Positions 36,056-44,602 of a stretch of 44,602 nt of DNA are shown piece after piece (the stretch's first letter is position 1; every line of letters begins with the position of its first letter). Position numbers and translations under genes: made by a program. The notes under the pieces were generated by a model that was not told the origin of the DNA, did not search any database, and saw only the letters and a program-made list of their open reading frames with translations. This DNA comes from a virus (lineage: Duplodnaviria > Caudoviricetes), in IMG/VR virus record IMGVR_UViG_3300036987_000539, positions 1-44,602 of that record. One strand, 5' to 3'.

Positions 36056-36883
36056 ATGGCGATACGGCTTTCGGCATTTTTGGCGGGCATACGGCAGATC
36101 GCGGCCAGCGGCCCGCGCTACCAGACGGGCGGCACGGGTAAGGGCGGTGTGTGCGATTGTGTGGGGCTGCTAATGGGGGCGATGTACAAAGCGGGGCGCG
36201 CGGCCTACCCGATGCACTCCAGCAACTACTTTGCACGCTGCCAGATGGAAGGGCTGCGCGCCATCGCGGGCACAGGTGACCTGCATGTGGGCGATGTGGT
36301 GTACAAGGCACGCAGCCCCGACCAAAGCGGCTACAACCTGCATGAACGCTATCTGGATGGCGGACGCTACTGGACAGGCGACCTGCTGGATTATTACCAC
36401 ATTGGCGTGGTGACGGGGGTAAGCCTGCTGCGGATCACCCATTGCACGAAGGACGAGGCGGCGGGCATCGACGGCGTCACGGCTGATACCAAGCTGGGCA
36501 AATGGGCCTATGTGGGGCAACTGAAGTGTCTACGCTACGACGACGTGACCGGCGACACCGGCCAGAAAGGGGCAACCATGGCAGCACTCTATGACGCGAA
36601 GGTAACGACCACGGGCGGTATCCTGAACATTCGGGCGACGGCAAGCCTGAACGGTGCGGTGCTGGGTAAGGTACCCAACGGCGCGCTGTTGCAGGTGTTG
36701 GAGGAAGTGAACACCGAGTGGGCGCGGGTGTTTTGGGAAGGCGTTGAGGGGTACGCCAAGCGCGCCTTTCTCACCAAGATCAACGGCGCTGAGACCGATA
36801 CCGGTGAAGATGGCGCAGGCGTGACCAACACACTGACGGCGGCGGAAGCGGCGGCGCTAAGCAGCATCTTCGCCAAACTCTAA
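36056..36883 (+). CDS. Endolysin: NlpC/P60-like Cys peptidase + SH3b
   Basis: CDCVGLL, YYHIGVV, ITHCT; LNIRATAS...GKVPNG...EWARV..GY. Confidence 0.8.
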   Translation: MAIRLSAFLAGIRQIAASGPRYQTGGTGKGGVCDCVGLLMGAMYKAGRAAYPMHSSNYFARCQMEGLRAIAGTGDLHVGDVVYKARSPDQSGYNLHERYLDGGRYWTGDLLDYYHIGVVTGVSLLRITHCTKDEAAGIDGVTADTKLGKWAYVGQLKCLRYDDVTGDTGQKGATMAALYDAKVTTTGGILNIRATASLNGAVLGKVPNGALLQVLEEVNTEWARVFWEGVEGYAKRAFLTKINGAETDTGEDGAGVTNTLTAAEAAALSSIFAKL

Positions 36884-36922
36884 AGCCCGCAGGCAATGCG
36901 GGTAACGAAAGGCTGAAACGAC

Positions 36923-37657
36923 ATGATTTTTCATTCGGCACAGAACACCGCTGAAATCATCCACGGGGACAGTGTACAGGTGCTGCCGACGCTTGGCGGG
37001 GGTTATTCCATGGTGATTGCCGACCCGCCGTATGCATCGGGCGGCGGGGGTATCCGAGAGAAGCAGCGGCCCACAGGCGAAAAGTATGCCAAGGACCCGC
37101 GTTTTATGGATTTTGAGGGCGATGCGCGCGACCAGCGCAGCTGGGTGAGCTGGATGGCGCGCTGGATGAGCGAGGCGCGCGCCCTGTGCGACGACGCGGC
37201 GCTGATCGCGGTGTTTACGGACTGGCGACAGCTGCCCAGCGTGACCGACGCGCTGCAATGGGCGGACTGGCTGTGGCGCGGCATCGTGGTGTGGGACAAG
37301 GTGAACCCCCGCCCGCAGCTGGGCCGCTACAAGCAGCAGTGCGAGTTTGTGGTGTGGGGCTCCAAGGGCGCGATACCGCCCGACAAGGATATCGGCGTTT
37401 TACCCGGGCTGTACAGCTACCTCATGCCCACGGGCGCAAAGCGCCTGCACCAGACCGAGAAGCCCGTGCCGCTGCTTTCCGACCTGCTGGCGATATGCCC
37501 CGCGCGCGGCAAGGTGCTGGACCCGTTCATGGGCAGCGGCGCGGCGGTGGAGGCGGCCCTGTGCACCGGCCACGACGTGACGGGCATCGAGATCACGGAG
37601 CACTACTTTCAGACCTCGGCGGCCCGCCTGCGGGCCTTTACGGGGCAGCACGAATAA
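36923..37657 (+). CDS. Orphan DNA methyltransferase (N4/N6, beta class)
   Basis: DPPY near N-terminus; HQTEKP; VLDPFMGSG. Confidence 0.92.
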   Translation: MIFHSAQNTAEIIHGDSVQVLPTLGGGYSMVIADPPYASGGGGIREKQRPTGEKYAKDPRFMDFEGDARDQRSWVSWMARWMSEARALCDDAALIAVFTDWRQLPSVTDALQWADWLWRGIVVWDKVNPRPQLGRYKQQCEFVVWGSKGAIPPDKDIGVLPGLYSYLMPTGAKRLHQTEKPVPLLSDLLAICPARGKVLDPFMGSGAAVEAALCTGHDVTGIEITEHYFQTSAARLRAFTGQHE

Positions 37658-37677
37658 CGGATAAGGTGGGAAGCGGC

Positions 37678-38034
37678 ATGGATGCACTGACCTTTGAGAG
37701 CATCAAAACGGCGGCGGTGGTGCTGCTGATACTCTTTAGCGCGGTGGGCACCATCGGCAAAGGGCTGGAGGTGATCACCGGCTTTCGTAGGCCGCACAGG
37801 GAGAAGGAAGCCACCACCGCGCAGAAGCTGGAGGAGCACCGACAGATGCTGGACAACGACAAGCGCCGCCTGGACGCGCACGAAGCCCAGCTGGGCGAGA
37901 TACGCAGGATGAACCAGATGCAATGCGTGGGCATGAAGGCCCTGCTGAGCCACGAGATCAACGGCAACAGCATCGACAAGCTCAAGACCGCCAACGACCA
38001 GCTGGACGCCTACCTGATCGGCGTGGGGAAGTGA
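37678..38034 (+). CDS. Lysis-cassette membrane protein (TM + coiled coil)
   Basis: N-terminal TM; LDNDKRRL...ALLSHEINGN. Confidence 0.7.
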   Translation: MDALTFESIKTAAVVLLILFSAVGTIGKGLEVITGFRRPHREKEATTAQKLEEHRQMLDNDKRRLDAHEAQLGEIRRMNQMQCVGMKALLSHEINGNSIDKLKTANDQLDAYLIGVGK

Positions 38035-38039
38035 CGGGC

Positions 38040-38345
38040 ATGGGCAAGAAGAGCGGGCAGGCCCGCGCGCCCAATCGGCGCTATGTGCAGTTTTCCAAGG
38101 TGATCATTGTGGCGGTGACCGCTGCGGTCACGGTGATCTGCATCGGCGGGATGGCGCTATGCTTTGCGCTGCACGACACCGAGGCGGTGGTGGAGCTGGG
38201 CAGGGCGTACATCAGCTACGCCATTGTGGCCTTTACCGCCTACAGCGGCAACAGCGCGGTGGAGAAGTGGCTGGTGCGCAAGTACAGCGGGACGCTGGAA
38301 ACGGACCAGGACGATAGCAACGCCGACAAACCGGCGTGCGGATAA
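38040..38345 (+). CDS. Two-TM holin-like protein
   Basis: QFSKVII TM1, YAIVAFTAYSGNS TM2. Confidence 0.65.
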   Translation: MGKKSGQARAPNRRYVQFSKVIIVAVTAAVTVICIGGMALCFALHDTEAVVELGRAYISYAIVAFTAYSGNSAVEKWLVRKYSGTLETDQDDSNADKPACG

Positions 38346-38357
38346 GGAGAAGGAATC

Positions 38358-38795
38358 ATGAAAAAGGTGCTTTGGGTTTGGCTTTGCCTAATGCTGGTGC
38401 TGATGTGCGCGAGCGCGGTGGCCGAGGGGGCCATCGACACCGGCGTGATCCTGACGCAGGTGGTGATCTGGGTGCTGTGCGGCGTGCTGACCGTTCTGGG
38501 CGGTGTGGCCACCTGGGTTGCGAAAAAGTACGTGGTGCCGTGGCTTAAGGACGTGGCGGTGCCGTGGTTGAAGCAACACCAGCTGCTGGAGGCGGCCAAG
38601 GTGGCCGTGGAGTATGCCGAGGCTGTTGTGGGGCGGTTTAACGGGGAAGAGAAGCTCAAGCTAGCGCTGACCGTGCTGGAAAGCAGAGGGTGGCACATCG
38701 ACAGCGACGAGGTGCTGCAGGCGGTCAAGGCCAAGTGGCAGGAGCTGGACTTGATGCAGATGGCGGCGGGGGTGAAAACTTCATTTGTGAAATGA
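38358..38795 (+). CDS. Holin, LL-H family-like
   Basis: VVPWLK...AKVAVEYAE...GEEKLKLA. Confidence 0.75.
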   Translation: MKKVLWVWLCLMLVLMCASAVAEGAIDTGVILTQVVIWVLCGVLTVLGGVATWVAKKYVVPWLKDVAVPWLKQHQLLEAAKVAVEYAEAVVGRFNGEEKLKLALTVLESRGWHIDSDEVLQAVKAKWQELDLMQMAAGVKTSFVK

Positions 38796-38800
38796 AATAT

Positions 38801-38837
38801 GAGAAAGGTGTCCTATCCTATATAGGGCACCTTTCTC
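38801..38837. terminator. Terminator hairpin between convergent late and defence operons
   Basis: gagaaaggtgtccta/tagggcacctttctc. Confidence 0.7.
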
Positions 38838-38876
38838 CAATGTTATTCGCTATAAGACACAACGGCTGATTCTGCT

Positions 38877-39518
38877 TCAGATTTGAAGATATTCTTGGTT
38901 ATTCGCAGCTTCTATAATCTGAGCGTTCAACTGATCCATAATTTCCGTTATCCTATCAAATGTGTTATAATAATCGGCAGCAATGACGTAACATTTTTGT
39001 CCATGCACGATGTCATTACGGTTTTTTAGGAGATCGGAGTCTATATACTTGCTTTTAATCTCGTATGGTGAAAAGTCCAGAGAAATCGTTTTTAAGATTT
39101 CTTGAAACACATCAGATGAAGGATTGCTTTCTGTTGAAATTGGCGGTTTCTCATTTGTGTATTTTAAGTGAAAGTTATTAGCTTGCTGACTAACTAAATC
39201 CTCAATAAGGCTTGTGTGAGCAGATGTCTTCTCGGTATTCGTACATGATTTAAACTTCGACTTGCATTTCAAGGCTAAAAAGCTTTTCTTCAATCTATTG
39301 GTCTTAATACCTTGATCAGAAATATAAACAATATAATAGTTTGCAGCAAGCTTGAGAAACCCCTCAAAATGAGCAGACAACAGAGCAATACCCGCACGTA
39401 TTAGCATTGGATCACCTGTTTGTTGAATAATCATCCGCATATTAATGAGTTCTTTTTTTCTCCAAGAGAGATCACTATCAAGTTTTTCTTGTAATTTACT
39501 AATTGTCCTAATCTTCAT
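38877..39518 (-). CDS. HEPN-domain protein (MAE_28990/MAE_18760 family-like)
   Basis: DLSWRKKEL, LLSAHFEGF, TESNPSS, LLKNRNDIVHG (RxxxxH). Confidence 0.85.
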   Translation of the reverse strand: MKIRTISKLQEKLDSDLSWRKKELINMRMIIQQTGDPMLIRAGIALLSAHFEGFLKLAANYYIVYISDQGIKTNRLKKSFLALKCKSKFKSCTNTEKTSAHTSLIEDLVSQQANNFHLKYTNEKPPISTESNPSSDVFQEILKTISLDFSPYEIKSKYIDSDLLKNRNDIVHGQKCYVIAADYYNTFDRITEIMDQLNAQIIEAANNQEYLQI

Positions 39519-40611
39519 TTTGAAACCATCGCCTACTAAAAAGTATAAGCTGTGAAAAGCGATCTAGCGGACGGACACCACGTCTAGTCGCTGAAATAAA
39601 CTCATCTTGATCATAGATGGATATGATTTTATCCTTCAAACTAGACATATGTCCAGACCAGACCTTATAATGGACGCATAGCCCTGGGACTATGGCTTCA
39701 AATGAAGCCATCAATACCGCACCTGTGAACTTACCATTCCTATACTTCCTAAATGAATCATCTGCGAGCACTTGTTGAAGGAGATCAAACACCCCATTAA
39801 AAGTGGAAATGAATGCTTCCATATTAAATGTTGTATCGATAGCAATTCTTTCCATGGTATCGGTTGTGAAATTATCAATGTTCCTGCTTTTATCAATTTG
39901 TGAAATAGCATCATCATTTAGGTAAATAAATATTGCGGTTCGTAAAACCATCTCAAGGTCTTGTCTTTCGACACTTTGAGTCTCGGTCATTGGATAACAC
40001 TTTCTAAAATTCTCAGAATCACCCAAAGCTTCAAGCATAAGAAAAAAGTCGCGATTAATCATAATCAACAAACAGTTACGTAGTTCTTGTGGTGCCAAGT
40101 GCGTCCCACCGGTATTTATCCTTTGGAATAACTCATACTTCGTGTTCTCGGAATCGTGTTTTTCTTTGATGATTGTAAAGGTTAGCTTTTCTCTCTTGAA
40201 CCCTAGCTTAAGGTCTTCAGTAAACAATTCATTATTGTCCCATGATACGCCATCTAGTGACGGAAGTAGCTTTGTTCCCTGGAGTATTAACGCTGGTAAA
40301 ATATCTCCATTTGACCCCTTTAGATTATGTGAAAATTCAAGAATTGTTGAAAGGCGTTGTTGCCCATCAATCACATCCCAATGACCCGACTGTTTCTGAG
40401 CTACATAGATTGGCGGAATTGGTATGCCTAATAAGATCGATTCAATCAACCTGGATTTCTGCTCGTTATCCCATCTATAAAATCTTTGAAATTCGGGATG
40501 GATTTCCAATTCGTTGTCCCGATAAATACTGATTATCTCGCCAATGGACATCGGATAGGAATCGATTTTAATCTCGTCACGTCGGTTTATCACTTCAGTT
40601 TTCAATGCCAT
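39508..40611 (-). CDS. DUF262 (ParB/Srx-like, GmrS-type) protein
   Basis: PEFQRFYRW, SRLIESILLGIPIP, VIDGQQRL, LFQRINTGG. Confidence 0.92.
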   Translation of the reverse strand: MALKTEVINRRDEIKIDSYPMSIGEIISIYRDNELEIHPEFQRFYRWDNEQKSRLIESILLGIPIPPIYVAQKQSGHWDVIDGQQRLSTILEFSHNLKGSNGDILPALILQGTKLLPSLDGVSWDNNELFTEDLKLGFKREKLTFTIIKEKHDSENTKYELFQRINTGGTHLAPQELRNCLLIMINRDFFLMLEALGDSENFRKCYPMTETQSVERQDLEMVLRTAIFIYLNDDAISQIDKSRNIDNFTTDTMERIAIDTTFNMEAFISTFNGVFDLLQQVLADDSFRKYRNGKFTGAVLMASFEAIVPGLCVHYKVWSGHMSSLKDKIISIYDQDEFISATRRGVRPLDRFSQLILFSRRWFQNED

Positions 40612-40615
40612 GTGC

Positions 40616-41545
40616 TTAATCCTCCTTGTCCCTTGGGCCAAGAAATCGATCTCCATTTAAATGTACCATGTGATCGGGCATTTCTGCAATCCATACTTCT
40701 GTGTCCCAAGCAAGTTGACTGACAAATTTTTTATATGTTTTTAGGTCGAGAAAAGCGGTAATGAAAATCAGCCCTGCAGTAACGCTACCTGCCATTTCAC
40801 TAATTTCAAGGAGTCTCTTTGGATTCATTGGACCTACTGATGTTACAGCCTCAACAAAGAAGAGCCAATTTCTTTCCTCGTCATAAAGAATCACGTCGGG
40901 CATCTTATCATGTAATGTAATTGAGAATCCTAACCGAGCAAGTCTTTCAGCATCTTTCAAGAGGTCCTTAACAATTGTATCCCCGACATATAAGCATTCT
41001 GAATTCGGAGCAAAACGTGGCGCAAATTCTTCGATTATTGCTTTTTGCAGCTTATTATGTGAACCAGTGGAGAAGGTGAACTCCACTCCGTTGATTTTCA
41101 CCGGCATTTTTAGTATCGAGCGTTTGGAACTGTATGTTTCAATAAGCCTTGTATGAGCTGAGAGGTGTAGTTGTATTGCGTTGTCCCATTCTCTGCTACC
41201 TATCGTACGTAGAGTGATAAGTGTTTCGCCCGTCAGTCGATATCGATAATTTGGGCTGTTTGTAGCCATGCCGTTATCTTCAATAAGAGCAGCATTCCTG
41301 AAGTGATGCAAAGCCTGTTTGCGAAATGTCTCTCGACTATTTTCTTTATAAGTCAGCCCATAGTTGGTATTGGTAAACTGGATGATATCATGGATGCGTA
41401 TCCATGTTGATGATGCTTGCGCCCAATGATCCTCAGCCTTAATATCAGCTAATGCAAGAAGAACATATGCACACATATCATTCTGTTGCAACCTAGGCAT
41501 ACCGATTGCGTCGAGGAATGCTTTTGCCTCATCAACTTTGCTCAT
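40616..41545 (-). CDS. Type II restriction endonuclease, BsuBI/PstI family
   Basis: YKENSRETFR, TNSP, HNKLQKAIIEEFAPRF, HDKMPDV, EAVTSVGP, AWDTEVW. Confidence 0.92.
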   Translation of the reverse strand: MSKVDEAKAFLDAIGMPRLQQNDMCAYVLLALADIKAEDHWAQASSTWIRIHDIIQFTNTNYGLTYKENSRETFRKQALHHFRNAALIEDNGMATNSPNYRYRLTGETLITLRTIGSREWDNAIQLHLSAHTRLIETYSSKRSILKMPVKINGVEFTFSTGSHNKLQKAIIEEFAPRFAPNSECLYVGDTIVKDLLKDAERLARLGFSITLHDKMPDVILYDEERNWLFFVEAVTSVGPMNPKRLLEISEMAGSVTAGLIFITAFLDLKTYKKFVSQLAWDTEVWIAEMPDHMVHLNGDRFLGPRDKED

Positions 41546-43029
41546 AATAAGACCTCCAGAATTTGATCGCATGACTCTTCAGATAAATCGCCTTTTATTA
41601 GCAGTTTGTGGCCAATTGCGGTAATTGTATCTATATCGGGAATCGGGATTGTGTTGAATTCGCTTGAATTGACTTGTGTTGATCCGTTCATGATTCGATA
41701 ATATGTGTCGTATAGTTTGGAGTTAAAAAGAGCATAAAGGCCGTAAACCAATTCATCTGACATTTCACCATCGGCCTTGTCGATGAAGTTGATCTTGTTC
41801 TGTGTGCTAATTTCTCGATATTTTGGATAATTGTTTGCAAGATATATACCGCATTGAAGTCGGCGCATCTCTTCTTTGGCTGTGAAACGCTTTATAAATA
41901 GATAATTCTTGTTCTTCTGTAAAAAGCCTGCTTTTTGAGTGCGTATGTATTCTTTGTCTTTAGAAATTGGAAATTGTACATATCCAGATTGAATATGTTG
42001 AGAGTAAAACAAAGGAACAGTGCCGGTCTCAGGCTTATCAGATAATAAAGCTTCACACCTGAAATCGACCGTAAGGCCTGTTTTCATCCTTAATCCAAGA
42101 CTTAAAAGTGTTTGCGGAAAACGGCGAATTCTTGTGACAACTTCCAACTCGTAATCATTGGTTGGGAGAAAAATATAACGCTCATTGGATGTAACTGCAG
42201 TATCATAAGGAAGAGTTAAGACATCCTGCTTGTGGAAATCAGTAGAGGAAGCGGATGCAGAGATGGTCATCGTAGAAGGCACAGCGTCAGTCTTGATTGC
42301 CTTCAGGATGACCGTTTCTTGAAGTATACGTTCTGTATCAAACACTTTATCCCGACTTGAAAACAGGTGTATGCGTTCTATCACTGAATTTGAGAGTAGA
42401 TAGTGTCGAAACCTCTCGAAATAAGCACCTGAAGTCCAGGACCTAGGGATTATTACCACCAGCTCGCCGGATGGAGCCAAATGAAAAATATTCATCGCAG
42501 TAAATAAAAAGTACAGATTTGGGGCACCATAACATACTGAGGGCATTGCAATTGCTTCGGGGGCATCTTTTGATATTTTTTTATATGGTGGATTGCCGAT
42601 GATCATATCATATTTTCGCAAATCTGGATTTCGGCCAAGCAAATTGTTAAAATCTAACGCTTGGCTGGTGATATAGTTGGTATCGAATACATAAAACGAA
42701 AAATCATTAGGTATACTAGCCTTTAAGAATTTGAGGTTGTTCCTGAGCGAAACCAGCGTATTTTCATCAGTTTCATAGCAATCCAGATTGATCTTGCCAG
42801 TATAGTTTTCCTGAACAAGCCTTTCTATAAGCACACATGCAAGTATTCCCGTGCCGGCTCCAGCATCGAGGATGCTTAGCTCTGTTTTATTCATCGGGAT
42901 TTTAAATAAGGAGGCCATATACATCGCAGTATTTTTACTCGTGAAAAACTGCCCAATGTGTTTTCGTTCGCTCTTGGGAATCTGCAATATATACTCATTG
43001 GTGGATTCAAGGATTTTCTCAAGTATCAA
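41542..43029 (-). CDS. Adenine methyltransferase (Eco57I/BsuBI-like gamma class), cognate to the REase
   Basis: GQFFT, LDAGAGTG, IIGNPPY, NGSTQVN; ATGA overlap with REase. Confidence 0.93.
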   Translation of the reverse strand: MILEKILESTNEYILQIPKSERKHIGQFFTSKNTAMYMASLFKIPMNKTELSILDAGAGTGILACVLIERLVQENYTGKINLDCYETDENTLVSLRNNLKFLKASIPNDFSFYVFDTNYITSQALDFNNLLGRNPDLRKYDMIIGNPPYKKISKDAPEAIAMPSVCYGAPNLYFLFTAMNIFHLAPSGELVVIIPRSWTSGAYFERFRHYLLSNSVIERIHLFSSRDKVFDTERILQETVILKAIKTDAVPSTMTISASASSTDFHKQDVLTLPYDTAVTSNERYIFLPTNDYELEVVTRIRRFPQTLLSLGLRMKTGLTVDFRCEALLSDKPETGTVPLFYSQHIQSGYVQFPISKDKEYIRTQKAGFLQKNKNYLFIKRFTAKEEMRRLQCGIYLANNYPKYREISTQNKINFIDKADGEMSDELVYGLYALFNSKLYDTYYRIMNGSTQVNSSEFNTIPIPDIDTITAIGHKLLIKGDLSEESCDQILEVLL

Positions 43030-43274
43030 TTTGCCACACCTCAACAATGCGGTATCCGGAACAAAAAGGGTACAAGCCTATTATAGAGCGATGGTTGTAA
43101 ACATGCAATATGTCCCGCTTATGTCGGATTTCTTCTGCTCCGATTCAACCTTCTGGTTTTTCTACAAGGTTATGATGCAATGATTATCAGGTTTGATTGT
43201 TACGCCCGACTGTTGTTAGTACGTTGACAGTAGAAACGTTAACCCGCATATTCCCCCACACTCACCCAAACAAG

Positions 43275-43308
43275 AAAGCCCGTCGCAAATCGTTTTGCGA
43301 CGGGCTTT
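43275..43308 (-). terminator. Intrinsic terminator downstream of the tRNA fragment
   Basis: aaagcccgtcgcaaa-tcgt-tttgcgacgggcttt. Confidence 0.85.
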
Positions 43309-43370
43309 GGCGGAGAAGGAGAGATTTGAACTCTCGCGCCGGTTAACCCAGCCTACTCCCTTAGCAGGGG
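43308..43370 (-). tRNA. 3' fragment of tRNA-Ser(GCT), att core; 5' half absent
   Basis: Minus strand CCCC-T-GCT-AA-GGGAG, long variable arm, GAGAG-TTCAAAT-CTCTC, CTTCTCC-G-CCA; no D-arm or 5' acceptor upstream. Confidence 0.88.
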
Positions 43371-43558
43371 AGAGAGAAAGCTATATAAATCAAAGGTTTC
43401 GTCCATAGCGAGTAGAAGTAGAGTCGTAACAATCAGCGTTCAAAGTGTCCATTCGTCATTGAAATTTTCAATTATTGGCTTTGGCTATGCAAGGATGCGT
43501 TAATATATAGGGTGGTGTGAATGTATACCGCTTACCTTTCTTCTATATTGTTTTCAGA

Positions 43559-44410
43559 TTATGATTCCATATCACAACCATGATTCGAAATCCAGGGGCT
43601 TTCATCTGCAAAATCTGATAACATTGAAGTAACGTTCGCTTCAGAAATCATTCGGTAATCAAAAGGTGCTCGCTTTGACGTGGTGAATAACACTTTAAAT
43701 ACATCACCAACATGAATTGTATCTGGAGGTATTGTATGTTCATTCATGTTACAGCTTTCTTTCTTCGACGGCTTTGTATGCTCAAGCCAAGCAATTTCTT
43801 GTGCCAAGCTGCCCTTAAACCACTGACCCATTATGTTCCTACAGTATGTATTTATTATCAAAATTGCACCAACAATATGATGTTGGGTTGGATTGATTTC
43901 GATGCGTTTCCAGTTCAAATCCATGTTTGTTTTCAAATCATCAACAAGCATCAATACTTCGTTTGTTTCAAAGTGTATGCTCGTTTTTTCTTTGCCACCA
44001 ATTAGAATAGCCTGCGTATAATCTGGAAGAAGAGCAGCATTTACTGTAATGTTAGCCCCTGAAGAATCAGTTGAATGTTGCAAAGAAATTTCTGCCGTCG
44101 TGTAAACATTGATTGCAGGAGCATCACCAACATTTGTTAACAGAATGTCAATGCTCAGTTGAATTCTTGTATATGTTGATGTATCAAAAGCACAACCATG
44201 TGAACCAAGGATTTTTGGAACAATACATGGTTGTTTCTCTACCATAAACTGTTTTGCCATAGAATCCACTGATTCTTTTGCATAGTTTGCTTGCTTTCTC
44301 GTGTATACAACATACCTAATCGTTACCCAAACCAATAAAAGTGTTGTTATTAACGAAAGCACGCCAGCATAGTTCTTGTTAATTTCCTTAATAAACTCTA
44401 GCAAACTCAT
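43559..44410 (-). CDS. Hypothetical membrane-anchored protein, probably cargo of a neighbouring element
   Basis: N-terminal TM AGVLSLITTLLLVWVTI; LTNVGDAPAINV; AT-rich; GGGAG RBS. Confidence 0.75.
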   Translation of the reverse strand: MSLLEFIKEINKNYAGVLSLITTLLLVWVTIRYVVYTRKQANYAKESVDSMAKQFMVEKQPCIVPKILGSHGCAFDTSTYTRIQLSIDILLTNVGDAPAINVYTTAEISLQHSTDSSGANITVNAALLPDYTQAILIGGKEKTSIHFETNEVLMLVDDLKTNMDLNWKRIEINPTQHHIVGAILIINTYCRNIMGQWFKGSLAQEIAWLEHTKPSKKESCNMNEHTIPPDTIHVGDVFKVLFTTSKRAPFDYRMISEANVTSMLSDFADESPWISNHGCDMES

Positions 44411-44411
44411 A

Positions 44412-44507
44412 GGTGTCTCCCAAAAAGTAGTCCAATATCAATGAGAAAAACCGAGGTCGTGGGTGTCCCCCGAAAATGAGTCCAATTTTAATGAGAAAAA
44501 CCGAGGT
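44412..44507 (+). repeat. Two tandem copies of a 50-bp-period repeat
   Basis: ggtgtc.ccc.aaaa..agtccaat.t.aatgagaaaaaccgaggt at 44412 and 44462. Confidence 0.8.
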
Positions 44508-44602
44508 TGATTATGGCCCATAAGCCGCATGATTCCTGGCAAATTCGGCTGGCGGAAGGTATGTTAGTGCGCTGTGCGGACGGTATTCATTGTAATCATT
44601 TC

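Larger units (their letters stand above)
1..43370. mobile_element. Temperate siphovirus-like prophage, probably integrated at tRNA-Ser(GCT); left att lies outside the window
   Basis: Canonical module order integrase-lysogeny-replication-packaging-head-tail-lysis; tRNA-Ser 3' fragment at 43308-43370. Confidence 0.92.

Noticed and set aside
1-44602. Alternative genetic code / stop-codon reassignment
   Set aside because: Only one internal stop in a core gene; all three stops terminate genes at expected positions
1-44602. CRISPR array, DGR or retron
   Set aside because: No repeat-spacer array, no reverse transcriptase ORF and no TR/VR pair differing at adenines was seen

Overview
The window is an almost complete temperate siphovirus-type prophage of about 43.3 kb. 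The host is probably a Firmicutes/Clostridia-type bacterium, inferred from gene families and a GAAC-N4-GTTC LexA box. From left to right it carries: a tyrosine integrase, two decayed integrase 5' remnants, a SIR2-STAND-TPR defence moron, a lysogeny switch (short cI plus a LexA-boxed 36-aa micro-ORF), early genes with two aberrant tRNA-like elements, DnaB and an initiator with iterons, a RinA-like activator, a second small tyrosine recombinase, morons, HNH/cos/terminase/portal, an immI-like (RHH-antisense-antirepressor) insert, head and tail genes, a lysis cassette with an embedded DNA methylase, and a four-gene defence operon (BsuBI/PstI-family RM + DUF262 + HEPN). It ends at a 3' tRNA-Ser(GCT) att fragment. 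The most unusual signal is an exact 30-bp dif-like direct repeat (15035-15064 and 35979-36008). It brackets the small recombinase plus the entire packaging/head/tail module, suggesting a site-specifically excisable or exchangeable virion-morphogenesis cassette. All family assignments are from motif recognition by eye; no database searches were run.
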